A stretch of 62,101 bases of DNA from Gnetum montanum (taxonomy: Eukaryota > Plantae > Gnetophyta): the NCBI GenBank assembly GCA_015680685.1, contig MNCI01001191.1, forward strand, positions 45,666 to 107,766, in the 5' to 3' direction. The notes beneath the pieces were generated by a model. It had not been told where the DNA came from. It was given only the letters and a program-made list of their open reading frames with translations, and did not search any database. Below are positions 36,101-48,100 of the stretch, one piece after another. The first letter of the stretch is position 1, and each line of letters starts with the position of its first letter. The position numbers and the translations under genes are program-made.

Positions 36101-39100
36101 AATAAATGGGATTAGATCATTGTAGCAAATATAAATAAACAATATTTATTTTGCATGAAAGAAAAATCTAACTATGACAAAATGTACAAACATTCATGGA
36201 ACGAAAGACTTGCTCCAAAGAGACTTGCAGGTCTACAAGATGCAATATTCCTATAATACATATGAAAGAAGTAGCTGTGCATCTCTCAAGTGTAAGTGCC
36301 ATATAAAAACTAGCTCCCATAATACAATAGAGAGAGTTACAGTAGTTAGGGTTTGTTTTTCTTGAGACAATTAGCCAATGTTTTCCTCCATTTTCGAGCA
36401 TCCAAAATTAAGCAAACAAAGTCTGAAAGCAAGGCCTGAATTTTTACCAATCAAATCTGTGTTTAGGGGAGATGGAGGGCCTAAAAATAAATCTAAAATT
36501 ATAATCCACACAGTTCATGGGAATTGGGACTTAACAAGGTTTTGTCTTGTTTTGTTTTTCTTTTATTTTTCTCTACCAGCCTAAGGTATCTTTAGACTCT
36601 ACAATATCTATAATTGGGAGATAGAACCTTATGAAATAGATTACCAGACATAAAAAAGTAATAGTAACAGTAACAATACCCTTTTTTTTCTTAGGCTAAA
36701 ACAGAGAATAGAGAATCTCTGAATTCCTTTTCTTTAAAAAAAAAATGAGAGAAACAGAGGTAGATTCTATGTGTGATGGTTGTCATTTCCATTTTTTACT
36801 ATGATCTAAGAAATCAGAGAGCAATAACTGTCAAATAACAGAAAATAGAGAAAAAGAATGGCAACCTCTATACTAGCATTATTAAATAATCAAATTTTTG
36901 ATTTTATAAAGCAGAAAACAAACAAAATCCCATGTGCTCTTCTGCAATATGGAAAGGAAAAATAACAATAAAATCTGATATACACTAAGCTTGAACATCA
37001 TGATGGATTAGCATAGTTTTAAACTTTGAAATCTTCATTAATAAATTGTCCAGCCTCTCATGTTTTCACATTGAGAGAAATGTAGGCTTAAACAAAGGAC
37101 CATTTAACAATGATTTGGGACATGAAAACTCTCTTAAACCCCCTCAAAACTGACCGAAAAATGATCAACAAAACAAAGCCATCAAAAATCCCCAATATGC
37201 ATAGCTTTATTTTTAATAATAAAATGAGTACTGATGGGGCATTAGAGACAGCAAGGTGTAATGGAGCAGCAGCGACAGCAGGAGCAGCAGCAACAGCAGG
37301 AGCAGCAGCAAGAGGGACGACAGGCGGGCGTCAGACCGCAACAATAGCAGGAATAGCAGCAAGCGCTAGAGTGCAGCAGCAACCGACGGGCACAGGAGAG
37401 GAGAGCCCGACGAACGTAGGGGCAGAGTCTTAGGCAAACGCGGGAGCAGGCAGAGGCGATGGGGAGTCTGCACCACCCAGTGCGTAGACAACCACAAGGG
37501 TGTCACGTCTATGCTAGTAGGTGAAGGGGTACAGATAGCGTGCAGGATTAGCCGTGATGCATGAAAAGGGCACAAAGAAAGCCCTCCTTCTAGCGCCAAA
37601 AAATTGTAGCGACCGAAAACGTCAGTGGCTGGAACACCGAGAAGTTACCGGACGTACAGCCTAACCCCAGATCCGCGCAAGGGCCGTGCTGAAGAAAACG
37701 GAAACAGGGTGCCCTAAACGGTCTAGTCGATCAGACAAGGACTTAGTCGGTGTACAAAAACCTTTTGTAAACAATTGTTTTAAACTGTTGAGCGTGGAGA
37801 TTGGGATGGAGAAACCGTGGCACACAAAACAATGAAAGCCTAGCAAAGTATGTAACTTAAGCAATAAATGCAGACTAATAGACAATGATGCAAACTATGA
37901 GGAAATGAAATGAAGTGAGCTTGAGTGAGAGAATGCATCACCCCAAGATCGGGGGATTTGATCTTTGTTTGGCTGAAGAAGATGTACAACAGATGTGTAG
38001 TGTGGACAGGCACAGCTTACAACGAAATGGTATGGTCACAACCCTTGAACTGCTACCAATGACCTGCTAACCAAGGCTGATGAGCTGGTGCCTGCTAGGC
38101 TAAGAGAGATATGGGAAGTGCTACTGCTGGGGTTTGCTGTTTGTCAACCTTCCGCTTGCCCGTCTCTTTGCCATTGCCAATCGCGAAAAAGCCAAATGCC
38201 AATAAATGTGAATCTCCAATCGCAAGAAAGTCAAGTCCAAAAGCCAACCTTCGAAGCCAACCCCTTGAACGTCATTCGCTAGGGTATTTATAGAGCCAGA
38301 TGCAGGAGAGAGACATGGTTTGGATGCCACGTGTCCTGGGTCCCACATGGTGTGAACGTGGACGTGTCATACTACTGTGCAATGCTACACTGCAATGTTA
38401 CGCTAACATGCTACACTGCAGTGTAACGAGGTTGGATGCGAAACCTGCTAAGCTGAGCCGTGACCATACCGTTCAAACTACGTATGCCAGAATCTAGGAA
38501 ACTACCATGTTTTTACAAAGAATGCCAACAATGAATGCAAAGTGGAGCCTGTGTTCTAGGACTACGTCTTCCCTGCTCTTGCGAGTAAGCTCAAGCGTAG
38601 GGACAATTTTGAGAATTAACAAGGGGGTGCAACACAAAGCAAACTTGTTGATCTTGTCTGTTGAAGAGATGCCGAAGCAGAAATGACCATTGTTGGCAAG
38701 TTCTGGAACTGCTGGAGATGTCCTGGGGCTTCCACACAAGTGTTACGCTGCCCAGCGTATCGGCGTAGCATAAGCATCCGCACGCTACGCTGTGCTACGT
38801 AGCGTAGCGTAGCCACCAACCTTGAGTTAAATCTTGCCTAAAAATCGAATATACCTGTCTGAGGCTTAGCTAGGCAAGCAACTTCTGCAATTGACAACCT
38901 TGTCTTCCATGTCGAAAGGTCCTGGGACCTACGGAGTTTGTCCTTGGGACACTTTCGTGCTTTGTGTCCTTGCTATGCCGTGCTTTGTAGCATAGCACAG
39001 CATAGCAGCTAGTGTGACATAAGTCCTTGCTTGATTTGCAATGCCTTGTTAAGAAACTTTGCTTGGAACCTGGGGGCGAAGTGGAATTGGCAGTCTTGGA

Positions 39101-42100
39101 GGTCTGAATGTGGCCAAGTGCAATCCCTTTGCTAGGAACCATTTGGCAGAGGACCTTCATGTGTTCTAACCTTGCTACGTTGCACTACGCTATGTAGCGT
39201 AGCATAGTGTAGCATCTTGTTTAACTTGCATTATGACTTAGTTTGCAAATGCTTTGTCACAAGATGTCAGTCATGTCCTGGTGTGGCAGCAGAGCAAGCA
39301 TGTTTGATGGTTGAAGCATGGGCAATTATGTTTACTTTGTCAAAACAGTCTAAGCAGAGGCAATGCTACGTGGTCACCCTGCTACGTTATAGCGTAGCAC
39401 AGCGTAGCACTCAAATGAAGATGATTTTTGACAAAATTTGCCACATTCTCCTACATCACGTTGATTATGCTTCAAAGACAAATCAGGGTAGGTATCCCAG
39501 AGGGCTGAATCACTGTCAATCTGCATCTTTGGCGCCCATTCAATCTCCATATGGCCTGCTACAATGTGCAGCGTAGCGTAGCGTAGCAGGTTTTGCAGTT
39601 AGAAAACTTGCTGAGCTGTTTAGTCCATCCTGAACACTTTCGGTAGCTCCTAGCATGGTCCTTGGGTAGACCATCAGCCAAGTCATGTGCCAAGCTGGGC
39701 AAGCTAGAGGGTGTAGCAAGCCTGTCAGCCCGGGAGATAGAAAATTTGCCAAACTGTACGATCTACCCCTAGTGCCTCTTTCATGCAAATTGCCCTCATG
39801 GCTGGGTGCTGCGCTGACTGTGCTGCAAAGGGTGGCTAGCAAGCTCAGAAGCAACTTTGCAGGCATTAGGACTTCTAGGGTGCCATGTTGTCTACATGGT
39901 CCAGCGTGACACCACGCTTGCAGAGGTCTTTGCCCAAATTTCGGGACTGTGCTGAATTAGGAGAGTCCCAAAATTGATCATATTTCAATGGCCCCTCTTT
40001 GTTGACGTTTGGAGGATATGCCCGAGAGACATCGACAAAGAATATGAAACACCATGAAAAACAAGATGCCAACACCGCTCTTCAGTGCCCGCTCGAATGA
40101 TGCTTTGCTATGTTTGAGAGTATTTGGAGGGCAATGTAAGGTAAGGGGTAAAGAATGGATTTAAGGAAACAGGTTCGGGGAAGAAATGAAGGTAGAATGT
40201 GACTTTATGAAAAATTGTTGTCACAGTGTGGTCCCTTGTTGGAATGCTTACGAGGGAATCAACACGCATGGGTGCCTTTTTTCTTTGGCCCTAGACCTCT
40301 CACTGGAGTGCTTAGAGATGGTCTATTTATGGCTGAAAATGATTGCAAAGCAGCTTTTGTGCCATTTGTTTTAGGCACTTGTCTCTTTTTTCTTTTTCTT
40401 GTGCCTTTTGCTTTTCTTGTTCCACACCCACGTTCACTTGAAGACAACCTTGTCGTCGCTGTAGGACAAGTGTTTCCTCCCTAGGATGAGTTGTGTTACA
40501 TCCATGTGAGACTTTGACCTGCCTACAGATGCTTCCCATGGGACGAGTTGCGTTATGTCCATCATGGACTTGATGGTTGGGCATGTGAAAGGGCTTTATG
40601 TGCATCAAGGAAGCTTGCGAAGAGGATATGGAAAATTATGGGTATAAGGAAATGGAGAGTAAGCTAGCTAAAGGGAGAGTAGGGTATGCACTCTCAAGTA
40701 GCTAGGCTAATCAAAGCGGCCACTTTGAAACAATGTAGCGTCCTGCTCTCATGGTGAAACGCATCTCTGAATTACGCCATCTTGGCTTTTATCCTGCAAA
40801 CACAACAAAGAGAAAACCAGAAAAAACAACCATCAAGTGAAGTGAGGGCAAGGTCCTGCTTGCTCGGGACACTGCCAGGGTGGCAAGCATTGTCTGACTT
40901 GTGTAATGTCCAAAGCAAGAAGGCCAGCGCAGGCTTTGGCATTGGCAGGCTGAAAAGCTTCAACAGCCCTGCTGGAAATGGGCATCGAAGAGGCTAGGAG
41001 CGGTGATGATGCAAGTGCTCAAGAATCCCCACCCAAGGCAAGCATCATGCAATTCAGCTGCAAGGTGAGAAGCCTAACAGCTAGATGCCTTTTGAACTCG
41101 GGTGATGGCGAGGGCTGGAGAATGGCAACCTTGTGGCTGGGCCACAATCGTGCTGGGACTCCAGCAGCAAGTGCTGATAGCAGGAGCTACGACCAAGATG
41201 ACTGGTTGTGGTAGCGGTAGCTCCAGAAGGTCAGCAAGATGTCAATTGACATCTCCGAAAGATCAACAAGATGCCAAGGGCGATGACGTTGCATGTGTTC
41301 CAGAGGGCTTTTCCTTGATGACGTGAACTTCGTTCTGAAACTGCAACATCCCACCCCATGTTGTTTGAGAAGCTCAAAAGTGTGGACGCTCTCTTGTTCA
41401 TAGGGTCATACACGTGAGCTGGGAGGCATTACACTACAAACCCAGTTTAAGGTCTTGGTAGACCATCAGATGTGCTAGTTTAAGGTCCTAGTAGACCGTT
41501 GTGCTTGTTTAACGTTGTAGCGGACGATGGATGGCCAGTTTAAGGTCATAGCGGACCATGTTGTGGGTGCCAGTTTTATGTCATGGCCCAAAAACGTGTT
41601 GTGTCAATTTAACGCCATAGCGGATGTGCTATGCCAATTTATAGTCATAGCAAACGTGTTGTGCCAGTTTATAGTCATAGCGGACTAGCTGTGCCAGTTT
41701 TACGTCGTAGCGGACGTTAATGGGTTTAAAAAGGTAAAGAAAATGCTAATATCGCCAGTTTAAGGTCGTAGCAAACTGTTATTCTGTAACGTTGTAAGTC
41801 AAAATTGCCAATTTAAGGTCTTAGCAGACCGGAACTTTGTAAGTCAAAATTGCCAGTTTAAGGTCTTAGCGGACCGCACCCATGCAAAAAATTATTTTTT
41901 AAAAATATTGCCAATTTAAGGTCGTAGTGGATCATTACTGAGTCACATTGTAAAGGAATGGAGTGAAAATGTTAGTGCATCTACGTACTATGCTGCAAAT
42001 GCGCGTTACGTTGCAATAGACCTATGCTACACTACAATAAACTTCTACTACGCTACAAAGGGTGTCCCATGTTACGCGTGGGATATGAAACACTCTGAAA

Positions 42101-45100
42101 GTGACATGTGTTTTAACCGCACATACTATAAATAGGGGATTACCCCCTAGTAATCTTGTCACTTTCATTGTCAGAGCTAACACCTAGAGCATAGCGCAGT
42201 TGAGCTAAAAGACAGCCTAACGGTCGTAGCGTAGCGGTTGATACACCCGATACATCCAAGTTTGTGAGTAAGCAATGGCACGCAAGAGTAAACGCAGGCA
42301 TTAGGGGCTTGCCAACCTAGACGAAGGGGAGCGCACCCTGCGACGTCTAGCAGTTGGCATGGATAAGATACCCTCCAAAATGGACATAGGGCCATCTCAG
42401 GTTAGTCATTCTTTATTGTGTCACAGCTTATTTTATGAGAGCCTTGTTGTAGTTTGATTTATTATTTTGTTTTTTGTCTTATGCAAGATCCAAATGGAGG
42501 TGCAAGACCTAGTGGAACAAGAAACGGAAAGGCTAACGAAGACTTATAGCGTGGCAGCGAAAGATTTTATTTTTGTTTTGTTATTTTATTGGATTTCATT
42601 TTTTGTAAACATTATTGTATAGACTGAAATTTGATGAAGAACAGAATGTGAAACAATTATTTCATCTGGTTTTAGTTAATTAAATTTTTTTTATTAATGT
42701 GTTTGGACCCCTTGTGGGCCCCTTGTTTTAGTTTAAGGCCATCTCGGGCCATTGCTAGTTTTAGGCCATTTCGGGCCGTGGCAATACTTTAAGGCCATTC
42801 CAGGCCGTTGCTCAATGATGATTTTTTTTTATTTTTGTTTTCTTTGTTTTAGGGAAGTAGAGTTGCCAGTTTTAGGCCTTAGTAGGCCACGATGGTAGTT
42901 TAAGGCCATTCCGGGCCATTGCTAGTTTTAGGCCATTTTGGGCCATATGTAAGGTATTGACAACAAGGGCAATGCAATCAGCAAACTCAATGTAAAATGT
43001 AAGTAATGGAAATAGCAAACTTAATGTAAAAATGTCAATCATGTGAACAACAAACTTAATGTAAAAATGTAAATCATGCAAACAGCAAATTTAATGTAAA
43101 ATGTAAATTATGCACACAACAAACTTAATGTAAAATGTCAATCATGCAAACGGAGGTATAACCATTTATTGAAGTGATATGGGTTAGGCGAGGCATACGG
43201 CCGGGTGGCTTTGCATTGGTATTCGTCTATGTTATCGTTTGCGGCTTGGAAGGGCAACTCAGCCCACGTGGTTTCTTTGTTTGAGTTAACGATTTTGGCC
43301 TATTCATTTGTCAAACATGACGTTTCAGTTTGAATAGCTGCTTCATTTTCAGAGATTTCTATCTCTGAGCCTTGTTCCACATTTACGTTGTTTATGGCCT
43401 GGGGAGCCACTTTGTCACCGTAAATCACCACTTCCCCGCCCGTGTAGGGTAAGTGGATTTCCTGATGTATAGGGGAGGAGACAACCCTTAGTTGGGCTAA
43501 CCATGATCGTCCCAAGATCAGGTTGAACCCAAGCATCTCCTCCACCACGATGAATACTACGCTGGTGGGGAACTGGTCCCCTACCACAAAGTTGATGTGC
43601 ACAATCCCTTTTACCACCACACGCACCCCATTGAAGGACTTAAGGCATGAAGTTGTTGTGGGCTTGATTTGGTCAACCAAGCCCAACTTGTCTACGATAG
43701 AAAATGGGATTACGTTGGTGGCGGCACCGTTGTCAACGTGTACCCTGCAAATCTTGTATTGGCCAACCCGAATGGTGATGAACATCAGAGCAATTGTCAC
43801 CTGACCCTTTTCAGGGTCATCTTTGATAGCCTTATCGTAAAATGTTAGCTGGGTAGGCCGTGGTTCTTCAGCTACGGGGGGGAGCATGACAGAGTGAATG
43901 GCCTTTTCTTCAGCGGGTAGATTTCCACTAACAGGAATGGACATCAACATGCGAACCATTGCCTCACGATGCATCGCAGAGGTCATTATCAAGTCGTATA
44001 GGCTTAATGTTGTATTTTTCTACTTCAAGGCCTGTTTAACTTGTGAAAGGGCATTAAGAAAGTCTTGCCCGCCATCTTGATGTTTGCTAGCCTTCTCTTC
44101 TTCCATACACCCAGGAGACAAATTTCTCGAGGAGGAGTAGCTTCAGGTTGAGCGCTAGGCTTTCTTGGTCCGGAAGATGATGGTTGTGCCTGTGTTTTGC
44201 TATCGGTAGCTAGTGAGGAAGAGGCCATAGGCACTGTTGACAAGGGCATAGGCTTAGGGGGACCTAGCGCGGTACGTTCCCTAGCCATCTTTTCTACTAA
44301 GCGCTCTTCCCGCTTCTTTGGACGGGGAGGCTAAGGTGCAGCCTTCGTCACTCAATTTTGAGTTTGGGGGGAACTTGCATGCCTTGGCACCTTAATGACA
44401 AACAGTGCCTGCGTTGTTACAGTGGGTTGCGGTGCGGTTTTCAACACAAAGGGTGTAGGAGGTGTCTAGTGAGGGGCCCTAATGACAAAGGGGGCCTGCG
44501 ACCTAGTTGTCGTTGGTGTTTCTACGTTACGAGAAGGTACGCGAATCACAAATGGTTGTTGTGGTGGTTCAAGGTTATTGCCAATGCCGATAACGTTGAT
44601 GGTGTAACTTGCATTATTAGCGTTTAGGGGATCTTTGTAAACACCCATCGACTGGTTTTTAGGTCAAACGGGACTGCTCTCATCCAGGACCAACTTGCCC
44701 TGACCAATCATGCGTTGTATGTCGTCTTTCAACGCTAAGCAGTAATTTGTATCGTGACCACACAATTGGTGATAGTCACAAAAACGCTCTAACATGAAAT
44801 TCTTAGGCACTGGTGATTCATTGGGCGTAGCCAAGGAGGGGTTCTTAAGAACTTCACAATACCTTTGATGGCATTTAATAGCCTCCTCCAACATTTGTTT
44901 GTGTTGTATACACCCGGCTCCCAACAATTGCTTCAAGAGTTCTAAAGGCTTAATCGGTAACAGGGTATACTTTGAGCGGTCCTTGCGCTCAAAGTTTGGC
45001 CTTGGCTGGGTTTGCGCCACAAATGTTGATGCTTGTGGCTGACCAGTGCTAGTGGGGCTAGGTGTTGCGTTAGTGGGAACCTTGGGCATAGTAGCAACCT

Positions 45101-48100
45101 TTTTGTTGTTGTTAGGCTTGGTCTCGTTGGCTACAGCAGCCACCGTGGTTGCTGCAACCTTGCCTTTCTCCTTGTCTTTTTTGGTGTGGGCATTCCTGTA
45201 GGCCACATAAGCTAGGTCCCTACTAGCCTCCACCGCGTCTTGGATGCTCTTAGTTTGAGCGAATGCTTGGCTGAGGGAACACGGGGCCAAGTAGTAGAGC
45301 TTAGACTTAATAAAGTCATTGACTGCACCCTTAAAAATGGCCAACAAGTAAGCCTCGGCAATTGGTTTGCGTATTTCATTCAGGATTGCACTCCACCGTT
45401 GTATAAATCACTGTACAAATTCTAACGGTTTCTGCTTAACACTCATGAGCTAATCTAGAGTGACTTCCGGTTTAAGTTATACCTAAAATGAGTCACGAAT
45501 TGACTTAGCAACTCCTCCAAGGTGGAGATAGAGGCACATGAAAGTGCACGGTACCAATCTAAGGCTTTGCCTGTTAGAGACATGGCAAAGACACGAACGA
45601 TGATGTGAGGCCATGGTTACAAAAGCAATGATTCAACCCTGAAGGTTACCAAATGTGCATTCAGATCGCCCTCCCCGTTGTATTTTGTAAATTGGGGGAG
45701 TGGCACCCCAGGGGGCAACGTGAGCATAGGGACAGCTGGACTGATCAAATCATCATGGTAAAAGTCCATGACTTGGACAGTCTAAGAACCGGCGGCTTTG
45801 AGCCACTTAATCTCTTCAGTGAGTGTTTGGATGAGTTGGAAAGCTTGATCCAGACCCGGGGATGTCACGAAGGGTTGTGGGGCTGCAGGAGCGGCCATCG
45901 TTTGTGGCGTTGTTGGGGCGGCAGCCTGCCCCACGGTGGGCGCCATAGGGTTGGTTACTTGCCCGGTTGGTGGAGCGGCCCACAGCCCTGCGTTTTGTTG
46001 CACTACGTGTGGAACCTGATACGCTTGGGGTTGCACATAGTGTGACATCTGAGATGGTAGGGTGGTAGGGAAAGCAGCAGTTGTCGTCCACCATGCGGTA
46101 GAGGTAGGGCCTGCTACTAATGGTGGGACGGGTGCAGACGAGGTGATTGCAGCAGAACTTACGTGAAGTTGTGACGTAGGCAGTGTGTGCACATACGACA
46201 ACATAGACGTCACAGACGTTGAGTGCGGTACGTGGATAGACTAGGAAGGAAGGGTAACAGGGAATGAAGTTGAAGGGCCCATGTGCTGATACATTGAAAA
46301 CATTGCGTGGCTACCCATTGCCATAGAGGGTTGAGGTTGCGAGACTGTCACGACAATAGGAAAGGGGATGGAAAATTGTGATTGATGCGAACAGGCAACA
46401 AAGGTGGAAGGGACACTTGTGGTGTAAACTGGACCACCACCTTCTGAGTGGAAGTCCAACTCCTCTTGCCCATCCTGGAAGGGTTCTACATAATGGGACA
46501 CTGTGTCCCATTCCCTTGCCCTACTTGGACAAGTTGGTTCAACATCGACTGGTACGTCTCAGTCAGCAGGATGGTGGCATCGAGAGTGGGGATGAACTCC
46601 CTCCCGTTCCGATAGAAGAACTCGAAGTTACATTTCTCTTCGAGTTCGCGATGGTCCAATGGTATGTTGGTTTGCATTTTTGCAAATAGAAAGTGGTATC
46701 GCTCCGTGTCTTGAGGGAGATGTTTGGGCGATTGCTGCCACAGTCTTAGAGACTGCCTCTGTACTAGCACTGGGCTGGGTGGTCACTCGAGACCTGACAT
46801 ATTCTGGAAAGAGTAGGGCACTTCCAAGCTTGAGGTGGGAACTGCAGTGGTAATGGGATTCATTTTCCGTTGTAGTTGGAAAGCTGTAGGGAAGATAGGC
46901 TAAAGCTGGGCACGTTCGCGAGTGTCGGAAACTGGTTTCCTTCATCGTTACGCCTGTTACGTTGAGTAGGACTGCTACGCTAAGAGGGTTGTTACGCTAC
47001 AGGGGATGCAGGTAGCATAACGCGATGGGTAGCGTATCATGCTAGATAGCATAACACAGCAAAGGGCGTTACACAATAAGCAGCATAACACTATAGATCG
47101 GTAGCGTAATGGGCTAGACAGTCGAAGGACAGCTACGCTGACAAAGTTACTACGATACCCAAAGGGCAGGCAACGTAACTTAGTTGCTTGAGTAAGCAGT
47201 CAGCGTATCACACTGATATGGTCGCTACACCACACAGGACATAGGCAGTGTAGCGTAGTTGACAGAGTAAGTGTGGTACAGCAAACAGTTGGAGGCTTTC
47301 GTCCTGCAGGGTTCCAGGGGAACCATCGTTGCGACCAATCTGCACCGCCTAGTGCATAGACAACCACAAGGGTGTCACGTCTACGCTAGTAGGTGACGGG
47401 GTACAGATAGCATGCAGGATTAGCCGTGATGCGCAAAAACGGCACAAAGAAAGCTCTCCTTCTAGCGCCAAAAAACTGTAGCAACCGAAAACTTCAGTGG
47501 CTGGAACACCAAGAGCTTACCAGGCGTATAGCCTAACCCCGAATCCTTGCAAGGGCCGTGCTGGAGAAAACGGAAACGGGGTGTTCTAAACGGTCTGGTC
47601 GATTAGACAGGGACTTAGTTGGTGTACAATAACCTTTCGTAAACAATTGTTTTAAAATGTTGAGCGTGGAGATTGGGATGGAGAAACCGTGGCACACAGA
47701 ACAGTGAAAGCATAGCAAAGTATGTAACTTAAGCAATAAATGCAAACTGATAGACAATGATGTAAACTATGATGAAATGAAATGAAGTGAGCTTGAGTGA
47801 GAGAATGCATCACCCCAAGATTAGGAGATTTGATCTTTTTTTGGCTAAAGAAGATGTACAACAGATGTGCAGTGTGGACGGCACAACTTACAATGAAACG
47901 ATATGGTCACAACCCTTGAACTGCTACCAATGGCCTGCTAACTAGGGCTGATGAGCTGGTGCCTGTAGGGTTAAGAGAGATCTGGAAAGTGCTGCTTCTG
48001 GGGCTTGCTATTTGTCAACCTTCCGCTTGCCCAAATGCCAAAAAATGCCAATCTCCAATCGCAAGAAAGTCAAGTCCAAAAGCCAACCTTTGAAGCCAAC

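Noticed and set aside
38088-39909. ORFs within the Tat-like LTR
   Set aside because: Short, with no recognisable domains, and the open frames differ between the two LTR copies.
41440-41935. Repeat-spacer-like array resembling CRISPR
   Set aside because: Eukaryotic retrotransposon context, degenerate repeats, short related spacers and no cas genes. Tandem arrays are typical of Tat 3' regions.
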